A stretch of 64,000 nucleotides of DNA from Octopus vulgaris. Taxonomy: Eukaryota. This document shows positions 1 through 12,794 of the stretch, piece after piece; position 1 is the first letter of the stretch; each line of letters opens with the position of its first letter. The notes below the pieces were generated by a model, which saw only the letters and a program-made list of their open reading frames with translations, made no database searches and was not told the DNA's origin. Position numbers and translations under genes: made by a program. The stretch spans positions 165,168,001 to 165,232,000 of the forward strand of contig OX597817.1 of the NCBI GenBank assembly GCA_951406725.2, given 5' to 3'.

Positions 1-100
1 AGGTATTAGCATTAATGGAGCTGCTTGTTGCTTGTTAATTTTCCCAGGGTATTTCCATATTAGTTACTCACTTCATCAAGGCCCCATTTTGCCACGAATA

Positions 101-307
101 CTCTTTTACTTGTTTCAGTCATTTGACTGCGGCCATGCTGGAGCACCGCCTTTAGTCGAGCAACTCGACCCCAGGACTTATTCTTTTGTAAGCCCAGTAC
201 TTATTCTATCGGTCTATTTTGCCGAACCGCTAAGTAACGGGGACATAAACACACCAGCATCGGTTGTCAAGCAATGCTAGGGGGACAAACACAGACACAC
301 AAACACA

Positions 308-357
<50 letters not shown>

Positions 358-518
358 CGGGCTTCTTTCAGTTTCCGTCTACCAAATCCACTCAGAAGGC
401 TTTGATCGGCCCGAGGCTATAGTAGAGGACACTTGCCCAAGATGCCACGCAGTGGGACTGAACCCGGAACCATGTGGTTGGTAAACAAGCTACTTACCAC
501 ACAGCCACACCTGCGCCT
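101..518 (-). mobile_element. tRNA-derived SINE, family A (internal microsatellite, CR1-like tail), full length
   Basis: Minus strand has A/B-box-like TGGCTGTGTGG...GGTTCAGTCC, a central (AT)n and the tail CCAGCATGGCCGCAGTCAAATGACTGAAACAAGTAAAAGA; 8-bp TSD ccacgaat at 92-99 and 519-526; more than 15 related copies in the window. Confidence 0.9.
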
Positions 519-1218
519 CCACGAATGCCGAAAGAACCACTCCCAAATCCACCCGTTCTACTTTATGAGTGAACACTGAGCATAGTCACAGCCCTACGCT
601 GTTGATTGGTGGTTCATGGCTTCATTGTTTGCAGCAGTCCTGCTATTGATTAGTTTCACACGTCCAATCAGCATTGTTCAGTCAGCGTGCAGCAGCTTGC
701 TTTTGTGTCATGACGTTCGTTCATACGGAGAACTGACATATAAACGTGTGCGTGTGTGCATGTATGTGTATGTGTTTGTGAGAGAAGGAGAGGGACAGAG
801 AAGGAAAGGGAGTGAGATAGAGAGAGAGAAAGAGAAAGAGAGAGATCTGTCGTCATTGCTGTTTTATTTAGCCCCTGGTCAGCTCAACTGCAATAAACCT
901 ATGATCAAATGTAAGTCATTCAAGCGGGGTTTTTGTTCAGAGCAATATTATCCTCGATACACGCCTCCTTTCCCTTTCGAAGTAATAAATATTTTATCTT
1001 CACTTTGACTCCGTATACCAACCACTGTGCTGGAACACATTACAGAAATAGCAGCCACAACACCTTCAAATTGCACACCTAAGTATCATTCTAAAGGAAA
1101 AGACACGTTGTATAGAACAGTCTTACATATGCTATGGGTGAATGAAGCCAAGATGGCTAAAAATTGAACATTTTCGATCAAGGCTAAGGTGCAGTAACAT
1201 TGTTAGATATACTTATTG

Positions 1219-1630
1219 ACGGCGAGCTGGCAGAATTGTTAGCCGGGCGAAATGCTTAGCAGTATTTCGTCTGCCGCTACGTTCTGGGTTCAAATTCCGC
1301 CGAGGTCGACTTTGCCTTTCATCCTTTCGGGGTCGATAAATTAAGTACCAGTTGCGCACTGGGGTTGATGTAATCGACTTAATCCGTTTGTCTGCCCTTG
1401 TTTGTCCCCTCTATGTTTAGCAACTTGTGGGCAATAAAGAAATAAGAATCGTTAGCACGCTAGGAGAAATGCTTAGCGGCATTTCGTCTGTGTTTACGTT
1501 TTGAGGCCAAATTCCGTCGAAGTCGTTTTTACCTTTAATCCTTTCGGAGCCGATAAATTAAGTACCAGTATAAAACTGGGGTCGATGTAATCGACTAGGC
1601 CTCTCCCTTGTGCCTTTAGTAGAAAGGATT
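1219..1630 (+). mobile_element. tRNA-derived SINE, family B, dimeric body
   Basis: Head GGCGAGCTGGCAGAA...GGTTCAAATTCC, then GTCGACTTTGCCTTTCATCCTTTCGGGGTCGATAAATTAAGTACCAG; the body occurs twice; a further degenerate copy lies at ~1665-1830. Confidence 0.85.
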
Positions 1631-2133
1631 ATTAGATATATATTAATATAATGTGACAGAGTCGTTGCACGCTGGACCAAATGCTTAGCGGCTTGTATTC
1701 GGCTTTACGTTTTCAATTTAACTGCCACCGAGGTTGACTTTGCTTTTCTTCCTTTCGGGGTCGATAAAATAAGTCTCAGTTGAGCAGGGGGTTGATGTAA
1801 TCGCCCCCACCAAATCCCGGCCGTGTACCTGTGTTCCAAACGCTTTTCCTACGTCTGCTCCAGTAGGGCTAAGCGAGGGCTAAACGGCGTCCTTTGCTGA
1901 AGTACTCTAAACGTTTCTGCAAAATCAGGAATAATTATCTTACTTAGATAATATTTATGATATTTTAAATAAGCACAGAGACAGTGTTAGTAATTATAGA
2001 CGAAAAAAAAATTGAAATATTATAGAATTCAGAATGAAACAGGTTAGTAATTATCTGATAATGAATCAAGCGTAAATCTACAGAGAAACGGATGTCTACA
2101 TAATCGTTATACGTATGTGTGAGTATGTAAATA

Positions 2134-2183
<50 letters not shown>

Positions 2184-2489
2184 GGTATACACAGGTGCTT
2201 ATAATTATCAAGTACTCATCCCGAATTTCTATATATATATAACATAGACGCGAAGGATATATAAAACGGAATTACAGAACTAAAACGAATTAAATACGTA
2301 TATATGGATCCTTCACCAGTTGTCGGCTGTCTATCTACCCTCATTTCGAACATACACATACATGCTTGTCAATATGTAATTACAAACATACGCTCACATT
2401 ATATATGCACATACAGATGTATATATGTATATTTATGTATGTTTGTAATTATATATGTATGTATATATAAATATATATATATATATATA

Positions 2490-2648
2490 CGTACAAAATG
2501 TGACCTCGTGTGTATACTTTTCCTCTGTCTTCCTTCTCTGGATATTTCTTCTCCTATGTTTCGACGAGTCCGCCGAAACGTTAAACCTCCTTCTTTCCTT
2601 CTTTCCTGAGCGTCCAATAATACATATTTGTTCCACATTAACTTTATT
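2490..2648 (+). mobile_element. Degenerate copy of the ~200-bp P1 element (minimal-HHR family), in copy 1 only
   Basis: Reverse-complement similarity to 5737-5945, including tgtttcgacgagtccgccgaaacgttaaac; flanked by (AT)n. Confidence 0.7.
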
Positions 2649-2678
2649 TATATATATATATATACATACATACATACA

Positions 2679-2733
<55 letters not shown>

Positions 2734-2838
2734 ATATGAGATAGACAGACAGACAGATAGATAGATAGACAAATAGACAGATAGATAGATAGAATGGTAG
2801 ACAGATAGCTAGATAGATAGGTAGATAGATAGATAGAT

Positions 2839-2934
<96 letters not shown>

Positions 2935-3314
2935 GTAGAAAGATGGATAAATAGAAAGGGAGAGAGAGAGAGAGAGAGAGAGATAGACTGAGTGATAGAT
3001 AAGTGGGAGAAAGAAATGTATGCATATATATCTGCACCGATATACTTATAAATCTGCATACATATATATGTATATGTACATATGCGTGTGTGTGCATACT
3101 GTCACGCATACGCATCCCCGCCACACACAAAATTATACACATACACAGCCTCCACACACACAAACACAACCTCCATACAAAAACACACATATTGATATAT
3201 TTTTTAGTTTCGATTTTTTGATAGCTCTTCGATATTTAAATACACATTGAACAATTCTATATCTCCTATATTAATATAAACAGCCATTCACATTCACACA
3301 CACACGCTTACTTA

Positions 3315-3349
<35 letters not shown>

Positions 3350-3567
3350 TAAGAGTCACACATTCATACGCACACATTTATATCAGAATGAATGGATATC
3401 CGCCAGTTTCGTTTTCCTGAATTTGGCGCGCAAATATCTACACGTCTCATTAACGTTTTTTACCCCAATATTCCCAAGGAGAATCAACGTGATAAAAACG
3501 CACGAAACTCTCGGACTTTGAGTCACTCAGCTGCTTCTGCTAAATATTAATAAAAATATACTCATAT

Positions 3568-3980
3568 AAGGCGGCGAGCTGGCAGAATTGTTAGCACGCC
3601 GGACGAAATGATTAGCAGTATTTCGTCGGCCGCTACGTTCTGGGTTTAAAATTCCGCCGAGGTCGACTTTGCCTTTCATCCTTTCAGGGTCGATTAAATA
3701 AGTACCAGTTACGCACTGGGGACGTTATAATCGACTTAATCCGTGTGTCTGTCCTTGTTTGTCCCCTCTGTGTTTACCCCTTGTCGGTAGTAAAGAAATA
3801 GGTATTTCGTCTGCCGTTACGTTCTGAGTTCAAATTCCGCCGAGGTCGACTTTGCTTTTCATCCTTTCGGGGTCGATTAAAGAAGTACCAGTTACACACT
3901 GGGGTCGATGTAATCGACTTAATCGCCTTGTCTGTCCTTGTTTGTCCCCTCTATTTTAAGCCCCTTGTGGGCAATAAAGA
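3568..3980 (+). mobile_element. SINE family B, dimeric, with TSD
   Basis: ~19-bp TSD aataaaaatatac(t/c)atat-like at 3549-3567 and 3981-3999 with one mismatch; two tandem bodies. Duplicate near 17565-17980. Confidence 0.9.
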
Positions 3981-4058
3981 AATAAAAATATACTTATATT
4001 TTGAGTTCTATTTTTCCTGATTGCACCAAATTAACCCCCCCTCTCTCTCTCTTTCTCT

Positions 4059-4123
<65 letters not shown>

Positions 4124-4464
4124 TATGTGTATGTGTGTGTGTTTATATATATACATATATATATGTATTTGGACGGAATGTATCTTTATAACGTAAATTT
4201 CAAAGCAGATACGTATATATTACCTATAATCCACAACATAATATTCTGTCAAAATGTTCAGATATACATGTCGTTCGCCAGGAGACACCGAATAAGACGA
4301 ATATTGAGTGCAACATTAAATTTTTTTATGCTGTATATCGAGTCACACCACAGGGTCGTTATGAAGCAAACGGAGATTAAAAAAAACAGTAAAGAAAACC
4401 CAAACCAAACTCAGCATACGCGTCTAACTTTTCTTACCATATGTGCGTATGTGTACATACATAT

Positions 4465-4557
<93 letters not shown>

Positions 4558-4941
4558 CACACACACGTATATATATAATACAAAAATGGGACAAGAACGC
4601 AAAACTTCCAGACAGTTAGGTGAAACAAAAAAAAGGAAAACAAAATATCCAGATGATACAAGGAAAACAAAGACGGATCATTCGAAGTTTTCTATCCTCA
4701 GTTGAGTTCCGGATTATCGTTGCAATTTCGGCTAGTAAATCCCCCAAAATGAAGAACAAGCACAAAAAAGACAACAACACGAGGATGTGGTACATGTAAA
4801 GTATTAACAGACGCTCGGGAAAGGAAAGAAAGATGGGTTAACGTTTTGAGCAACGCTCTTCTTCAGAAACAGAGGTAAGTCTAATAGAAAGGAAGACGGA
4901 GGAAGAAAATCGCCAAGATTCACATCTGGTAACATTTTGAA

Positions 4942-5037
<96 letters not shown>

Positions 5038-5369
5038 GCATGGCTCAGTGGTTAGAGCGTCGAGCTTACGATCGTGAGGTTGTGAGCTCGAATCCCGGAC
5101 CGGGCTGCGTGTTGTGTTCTTGAGCAAAGCACTTTATTTCACGTTGCTCCAGTTCACTCAGCTGTAGAAATGAGTTGCGATGTCACAGGTCCCAAGCTGT
5201 ATCGGCCCCTTTGCCTTTCCCTTGGATAACACTGGTGGCATGGAGAGGGGAGGCCGGTATGCATGGGCGACTGCTGGTCTTCCATAAACAACCTTGCCCG
5301 GACTTGTGACTAGGAGGGTAACTTTCTAGGTGCAATCCCATGGTCAGTCATGACCGAAGGGGGTCTTTA
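5038..5369 (+). mobile_element. tRNA-derived SINE, family C (CORE-like body)
   Basis: Head TGGCTCAGTGGTTAGAGCG...CTCGAATCCC; CORE-like CTTGAGCAAAGCACTTTATTTCACGTTGCTCCAGTTCACTCAGCTGTAGAAATGAG; flanked by tatagta repeats. Other copies at ~18924-19256, 25123-25462, 32595-32895, 36472-36760. Confidence 0.88.
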
Positions 5370-5656
5370 TAGTAAATACCCAAAAAGAAGAACAAACACA
5401 AAAAAAAAAAACAACGACGCGAGGACGTGGTACATGTAAAGTATTAGCAGACGCCCAGGGAAGGAAAGAAAGATAGTTTAACGTTTCGAGCAACGCTCCA
5501 CTTCAGAAATAGAGGAAAGTTCAATAGAAAGGAAGACGAAGTAAAAAAAATCGCCAGCGATTCACATGTGGTTAGATTTTGAATATATATACATATATAG
5601 TAAATACCCCAAAAGAAGAAGACCAAACATAAAAAAAAACAACGACGCGAGGACGT

Positions 5657-5738
<82 letters not shown>

Positions 5739-5840
5739 GTTAATCCAAACATGAAAGCACAAAAAAAAACACAACAACGCGAGGTCGTGGAACAAATATA
5801 GAGTATTATTGGATGCTCAGGAAAGAAGGAAAGAAAGAGG

Positions 5841-5875
5841 GTTTAACGTTTCGAGCGGAGCTCTTCGTCGGAAAC
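5841..5875 (-). ncRNA. Minimal type I hammerhead ribozyme motif (P1 family)
   Basis: Minus strand GUUU-CCGACGA-A-GAGC-UCC-GCUC-GAAA-CG-UU-AAAC: helix I GUUU/AAAC, helix II GAGC/GCUC, palindromic ACGU helix III, U4C core variant. Identical at 19701-19735. Confidence 0.65.
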
Positions 5876-6010
5876 ATAGGAGAAGGAAAGATCCAGAGAA
5901 GGGAAGACAGAGGAAAAAAAATCGCCAACGGTACACACGCGGTCATATATGTATATAACAATATATGGCACATCGGATTAAGTATACGAATAAGGCATCA
6001 TTTCAAATAT

Positions 6011-6365
6011 GGATGGAAGCAGTCCGTCGGTTCCGACGATATTCCGGTTGATATCAACAACAGCCTGCTCGTGATTAACGTGTAAGTGGCTGAGCACTCC
6101 ACAGACACGTGTACGTAGTTCTCGGGGATATTCAGCATGACAGCAGAGAGTGACAAAGTATTTGAAAATACAGGTACAACAGAAACAGGAAGAAAGAGTG
6201 AAAAATTTGTGGTGAAAGAATACAGCAGGGATCACCACCATCCTTCAGCCTCAAGCTTTTTTATGTTTTCGCTCAGTAAACACTCACAACGCCCAGTCTG
6301 GGAATCGAAACCGCGATCCTACGACCGCGAGTCCGCTGCCATAACCACTCCATTGCGCCTCCACT
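6011..6365 (-). mobile_element. SINE family D insertion, absent from the duplicated copy
   Basis: 11-bp TSD atttcaaatat at 6000-6010 and 6366-6376; single empty site at 19860-19870; tRNA-like head GGCGCAATGG...GGTTTCGATTCC on the minus strand. Confidence 0.92.
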
Positions 6366-7137
6366 ATTTCAAATATATGAATAGTTGGACCGTGCATTCT
6401 GAAACCCGGAAAAACACTGACTGTATCTCAAGAAAAATACTGTGAGATAAGGCGGTGGGAAACAGCAAAGTAATTTGGCCGTTGCTCGGAGTTGTCCTTA
6501 TCTGTTCTCTTTATATCATCTTGTATAATATATTGTTAATAAACTACCAAAACAAACTTAGGTGTCATAAGTTCGAGGCCCATGGCCTTACGTATTCATG
6601 CTCAAACATATAATCTTTTCAATTTTATGGAGTTTTCTGTTACTCCATTTTATAAATACGTCTTGTGTCAGCGTGTATGTGTATGCGTGATTTTGTATTC
6701 ATATGCATGTATAGTGTATTGGTGAGAGTGAATGATGATGAATGAGTGTGTAAATGAATATGGGTTTGTTGTGCTCATGAATATATGTCCTTTTTTTACG
6801 AACGCGGTTAAATTTAAATGTGTGCGCAAGCGTGCGTGCGTGTGTGTGTTTGGGTATGTGTGTGAGTGTATGTATGTGTGGTTAATGACGTATGTTTGAA
6901 TCTGGGTATGAATATATATGAGTTTGGACGAATGCGTGAATGCGTGATTATGTAGGGAAAAAGTCTGTGTTTGTTTCTGTGCGAGTTTACGTAAATGTGT
7001 ACGTAAACGTTAGTGTATTAATATGTTACTGATGTGTGTCTGAACCTGCGTATGAATATATATGAATATGGATGTATGCGTGAATATGCGAACGTATAAG
7101 TATGTATGTGTAAGCGCATCATTATTAGTATATGTGT

Positions 7138-7735
7138 AAGGCGGCAAGCTGGCAGAAACGTTAGTACGCCGGGCGAAATGCTTGTGCGGTATTTCGTCCG
7201 CAATTACGTTCTGAGTTCAAATTCCGCCGAGGTCGAGTTTGCCTTTGATCCTTTCGGAGTCGATAAATTAAGTACCTGTTACGCACTGGAGTCGGTATGA
7301 TCGGCTTAATCCGTTTGTCTGTCCTTGTTTGTCCCCTCTGTGTTTAGCCCCTTGTGGGTAAGTATTTCGTCTGCTTTTACGTTCTGAGTTCAAATTCCGC
7401 CGAGGTTGACTTTGCGTTTCATCCTTTCACGGTCGATAAATTAAGTACCAGTTTCGCACTGGGATTGATCTAATCGACAGCCCCTCCCCCAAAATGTTGG
7501 ACCTTGTACCTAAAGTAGAAAAGATTATAAGTAAATGTTTTCAGACGGCGAGCTGGCAGAATCGTTACCATGCTGGGCAAAATGTCTTTATGTTGTGAGT
7601 TCAAATGCTGTTGGGATCGACTTTGCCTTTCATCCTTTCGGAGTAGATAAATTAAGCACCAGTTGAGTACTGGGGTCTATATAATCGACTATCCCCCTCC
7701 CAAATTTCAGGCCTTGTGCCTATAGTAAAACCGAT
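7138..7735 (+). mobile_element. Two adjacent SINE family B copies (7138-7525 dimeric; 7545-7735 diverged)
   Basis: Same head and GCCTTTCATCCTTTCGG core; duplicate at ~20635-21245. Confidence 0.82.
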
Positions 7736-7930
7736 TATTGGTATATATGTTTGAGTCTGCGTATGAAGATATGTAGGTCTGTATATGTGTGGGCACGTGT
7801 AAATGTGTGCGTATGTGTAAATGTGTGCGTGTGTGCGTATGTGTACGTGAATGCTAGTGTGTGTTTATGCGTGCTCATGATTATATATATGCGTGTGTAT
7901 GTATGTAGGTATGTATAAATATGTGTGTTA

Positions 7931-8303
7931 TTCTTTTATTTGTTTCAGTCATTTGACTGCGACCATGCTGGAGCAGAGCCTTTACTCGAACAAATCGACC
8001 CCAGGACTTATTCTTCGTAAGCCTAGTACATATTCTATATGACTCTTTTTGCCGAAGCGCTAAGTTAAATGGACATAAACACACCGACATCGGTTGTCAA
8101 GCAATGATAGGGGGGGACAGACCTAGACACACTAACATATCTATATATACTTTTCAGTTTCTGTCTACCAAATCCACTCACAAGGCTTTGGTCGTCTCGA
8201 GGCTATAGTAGAAGACACTTGCCAAGGTGCCACGCAGTGGGACTGAACCCGGAAACATGTGGTTGGTAAGCAAGCTACGTACCACACAGCCGCTCCTGCG
8301 CCT
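7931..8303 (-). mobile_element. SINE family A
   Basis: Matches 101-518 with a shortened centre; duplicate at ~21438-21810. Confidence 0.85.
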
Positions 8304-8447
8304 ATGTCCATAAGAATGCATTTATATTTTGGGATAAGAATGATTGTCTATGTCTGTGTATCTGTGTGTGTGTATGTATGTATGTATGTATGTATGTATG
8401 TATGTATGTATGTATGTATGTATGTATGTATGTATGTATGTATGTAT

Positions 8448-8891
8448 AGATTGAAGGATAGAAGGATTCCAAAGCAGATGCTCTATGGAGAACTTGTGAA
8501 TGGAAGGAGACTCCGGCAGAAACCAAGGCTGCGATTTAAGGACTGTGTTAAGTCCTCGTTAAAGGCCTGTGATATGCAGGACACTGACTGGGAGAACAAT
8601 GCCTGTCATCGCCACAGATGGAGGAGAAAGTTAAGGAGGGGATGTTGACACTTTTGAGAGAGCACGTATCCAAGCATGAAGAACTTAAGCGAGCTGCAAA
8701 GCGCACGGCTCGTATAGTGAATGGGGAAAGCTTGGTCTGCAATGTTTGCAGTCGTGTATGCTTGTCAAGAGCAGGGCTCATTAGCCACCAACGGAGCCGC
8801 AAATGCAAAATATAAGTTAGTCCTAGAGCGCACAATGTTCCTGAAGGTCGGCAATGGTCTTTCTCGGTCACGAGTGGACGGCCATCATCAT
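8448..8891 (+). pseudogene. 5'-truncated RTE-clade LINE 3' end (ORF C-terminus, C2H2-type finger, (CAT)n tail)
   Basis: RIPKQMLYGELVNGRRLRQKPRLRFKDCVKSSLK...WENNACHRHRWR is the typical RTE C-terminal motif; after a frameshift comes LVCNVCSRVCLSRAGLISHQRS; ends in gccatcatcat, within (TATG)n. Confidence 0.88.
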
Positions 8892-9148
8892 GTATGTATG
8901 TATGTATGTATGTATGTATGTATGTATGTATGTATGTATGTATGCGTGTATGTATGTATGTATGCGTGTATGTATGTATCTATGTATGAATGTGTGTATG
9001 TATGCATGTATGTATGTTTGTATGTATGTATGTATGTATGTACGTATGTATGTATGTATGTATGTATGTAATATGTATGTGTATGTATGTATGCATGTAT
9101 GTATGTATGTATGTATGTATGTATGTACATGCATGCACACGTACACAC

Positions 9149-9179
<31 letters not shown>

Positions 9180-9484
9180 CACACATGCATACATACATAC
9201 ATGTATACATGTATGCACATGTATACACATTCATGCACATAGATATGCATACATACACACATATACATACATACACGCATACATATATGCATACATGTAT
9301 ACATATACATACATACATACATATGATGATGAGCATCCATCATTGATTGACTGATATACATTTCAGGCCATGTGCCTCTAGGACTTTAATATTTTGCATT
9401 GCTGACTCCGTTGGTTGTTTTTAATGGCCCTATAATGACAAGCTGCATGTATGTAGGCAGATGCAGTACTTTCCCCATTCACTA

Positions 9485-9584
9485 NNNNNNNNNNNNNNNN
9501 NNNNNNNNNNNNNNNNNNNNNNNNNNNNNNNNNNNNNNNNNNNNNNNNNNNNNNNNNNNNNNNNNNNNNNNNNNNNNNNNNNNN
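9485..9584. other. Assembly gap (100 N)
   Basis: Run of exactly 100 N, typical of a scaffolding gap of unknown size. Confidence 0.99.
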
Positions 9585-9737
9585 AATTGTTAAGATATTA
9601 AGACATTTTCCTTAACATGAAACCAATGGTACACTTACTACACCAATAAAGAAATTCTACCCACCAATGCGGTGTTGAGTACTCATTCTCGTCGTTCGAC
9701 ACTTATGCATATGTATGTATGCATGTATGTATGTATG

Positions 9738-9802
<65 letters not shown>

Positions 9803-9803
<1 letters not shown>

Positions 9804-9978
9804 GTATTTCTTCTGCCGTTACGTTCTGGGTTCAAATTCCGCCGAGGTCGACTTTGCCTTTCATCCTTTATCGATAAATTAAGTACCAGTTACGCACTGG
9901 GATCGATGTAATACGACTTAATCCCCTTGTCTGTCCTTGTTTGTCCCCTCTGTGTTTAGCCCCTTGTGGGTAGTAAAG

Positions 9979-9981
<3 letters not shown>
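9803..9981 (+). mobile_element. SINE family B single body unit between (AT)n tracts
   Basis: Runs from gtatttcttctgccgttacgttctgggttcaaattcc to gggtagtaaagaaat. Confidence 0.8.
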
Positions 9982-10040
<59 letters not shown>

Positions 10041-10140
10041 CGAGAAGCTTTATGAAAATAAACAAAAGACGAAGGCAGGTGGAATACGAACAAACAATTG
10101 TATTAGTATGGCGCTCAGGAATATAAATAAAAAAACAAGT

Positions 10141-10176
10141 CTTTTATGTTTCGAGCCTACGCTCTTCAACAGAAAG
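10141..10176 (-). ncRNA. Minimal hammerhead-like motif, diverged P1 relative (element ~10038-10250)
   Basis: CUUU-CUGUUGA-A-GAGC-GUAG-GCUC-GAAA-CA-UA-AAAG: helix I covaries (CUUU/AAAG) relative to 5841-5875; the core has A6U, so this copy may be inactive. Confidence 0.5.
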
Positions 10177-10249
10177 ATACACAGAAAAGAAACACAGAAA
10201 GAAACAAGGAGAGAAAAAAATGCGTGCAGAGGCTAGCGAATCAACATGG

Positions 10250-11000
<751 letters not shown>

Positions 11001-11689
11001 CCTCAAGTTTGTATGTATGTATGTATGTATGTATGTATGTATGTATGTATGTATGTATGTATGTATGTATGTATGTATGTAGATAAGTAGGTAGTCAGGT
11101 AGGTAATTGTGTGTGTGTGTATGCGTGAGCGTATGTGTGTGCTTGTGCGTGTGGCTCTATAGTAAGCCTTATCTATGTATTATAAAACCATTAGCAATAA
11201 TCTATACTAAAATTACTTACTGTTGCCTTTTTTGTTGTTATCTTTGCTCTTGTAATTGTTGTTATTGTTTGTTGTTGTTAGCCCAAGATCGCCTCCAATC
11301 GAACAGTAAACCATCCCACTTACAAACCTTATTCAATGTTCCCCTTCCTCTAATCAAACAGTCAGATCTTAAACTCATATGGTAAAGATTATTACTGCTA
11401 TTTCTAGTTGGTCGAGCGACCACGTGAGGGCATCCCCGTTGAGTACATAATACACAAACTAGTCTTATACGTAGTAACAAGGGTGGTATTACCAAATTTC
11501 ATAGACATCCTAAGGTGGCCCTTTTAAAGCAGGGCTGTAAATATGTCAGTTTTAGTTACGTTGTGTTTTATAACAACACACATCTGTATACGAGACTATA
11601 TAGGGAGTTGCAGGGGGGTCTGTTTATATAGGATTATGGCGATTACTAGCGAGGTGGTGCTTACGTCAGTGGATATGTGTATGTCTAGT

Positions 11690-11912
11690 TTGTGTGTTTG
11701 TATGTATGTGTGTATGTATATGTATGTGTATGTATGTATGTATGTATGTATGTATGTATGTATGTATGTATGTTTGTATGTATGTATGTATGTATGTATG
11801 TGTGTGTATGTATGTATGTATGTATGTATGTATGTATGTATGTATGTGTGTATGTCTACTGTTTGTGAGTTCTATGTAAGTAGGTGTGTATATATGTATG
11901 TATGTATGTATG

Positions 11913-11946
<34 letters not shown>

Positions 11947-12190
11947 TGTATGTATGTATGTGTGTATGTCTACTGTTTGTGAGTTCTATGTAAGTAGGTG
12001 TGTATGTATGTATGTATGTATGTATGTATGTATGTATGTATGTATGTATGTGTGCGTGCATTTGTGTTTATGTAAGTGTGTATGTATGTGTGTATAAGTA
12101 CGTATATATGTATGTATGTATGTATACATGTATGTAAGTAGTATGTGTGTGTGTCTATGTATGTACGTATATATGTATGTGTGTGTATGT
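11690..12190. repeat. (TATG)n compound microsatellite with a ~115-bp internal duplication
   Basis: tgtgtatgtctactgtttgtgagttctatgtaagtaggtgtgta occurs at ~11847 and ~11962. Confidence 0.9.
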
Positions 12191-12395
12191 GTTATTTTCG
12201 TTTTGTGAATGGTTTATGCATATCTATATGCGAGTGTATGCGAAAACAGAGAGAGAGGGGGGAGAGAGAGGGGGAGAGCGAGGGGGGAGAGCGAGGGGGG
12301 AGAGCGAGGGGGGAGAGCGAGGGAGAGAGATAAATAAGGAAAGAGGGGAGTTTATACGTGTGTAAGTGTTTATCTATATATGTATATATAATCCA

Positions 12396-12777
12396 TTGTG
12401 GCACTCCGTCGGTTACGACGACGAGGGTTCCAGTTGATCCGATCAATGGAACAGCCCGCTCGTGAAATTAACGTGCCAGTGGCTGAGCACTCCAGAGACA
12501 CGTGTACCCTTAATGTAGTTCCCGGGGAGATTCAGCGTGACACAGGGTGTAACAAGACTGGCTCTTTGATATACAGGTACAACAGAAACAGGAAGAAAGA
12601 GTGAGAGAAAGTTGTGGTGAAAGAGTACAGTAGGGTTCGCTACCAACCCCTACCGGAACCTCGTTGAGATTTAGGTGTTTTCGCTCAATAAACACTCTGA
12701 ACACCCGGTCTGGGGATCGAAACCGCGATCCTACGACCGCGATTCCGCTGCCCTAACCACTAGTCCATTGCGATTCT
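12396..12777 (-). mobile_element. SINE family D, full length
   Basis: Collinear with 48286-48671 and 58563-58948. Confidence 0.88.
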
Positions 12778-12794
12778 ACTGTATATATAATATA

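Larger units (their letters stand above)
4732..5945 (-). mobile_element. Cluster of same-orientation ~200-bp P1 elements (4732-4940, 5370-5580, 5599-5660 partial, 5737-5945); Penelope-pLTR-like
   Basis: Mutually similar units separated by (AT)n/(AC)n; each full unit has a minus-strand motif close to CUGANGA-A-GAGC-loop-GCUC-GAAACGUU. Duplicate at ~18650-19805. Confidence 0.7.
1..9070 (+). repeat. Copy 1 of a ~9-kb near-identical direct duplication (partner ~14480-22570)
   Basis: Position 1 (aggtattagcattaatggag) recurs at 14480; SINEs, unique spacers and the RTE fragment follow in the same order, differing mainly in microsatellite length and two indels. May extend left of the window. Confidence 0.95.

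Noticed and set aside
600-720. CCAAT boxes and TGACG suggesting a promoter; also a YY1-like aagatggccgc at ~33311
   Set aside because: Short motifs expected by chance, with no linked exon or TSS evidence.
5038-5110. tRNA-like sequences at SINE heads (also ~25390-25460, 48600-48668, 62965-63035)
   Set aside because: They lack a proper acceptor stem and run straight into SINE bodies with TSDs; not tRNA genes.
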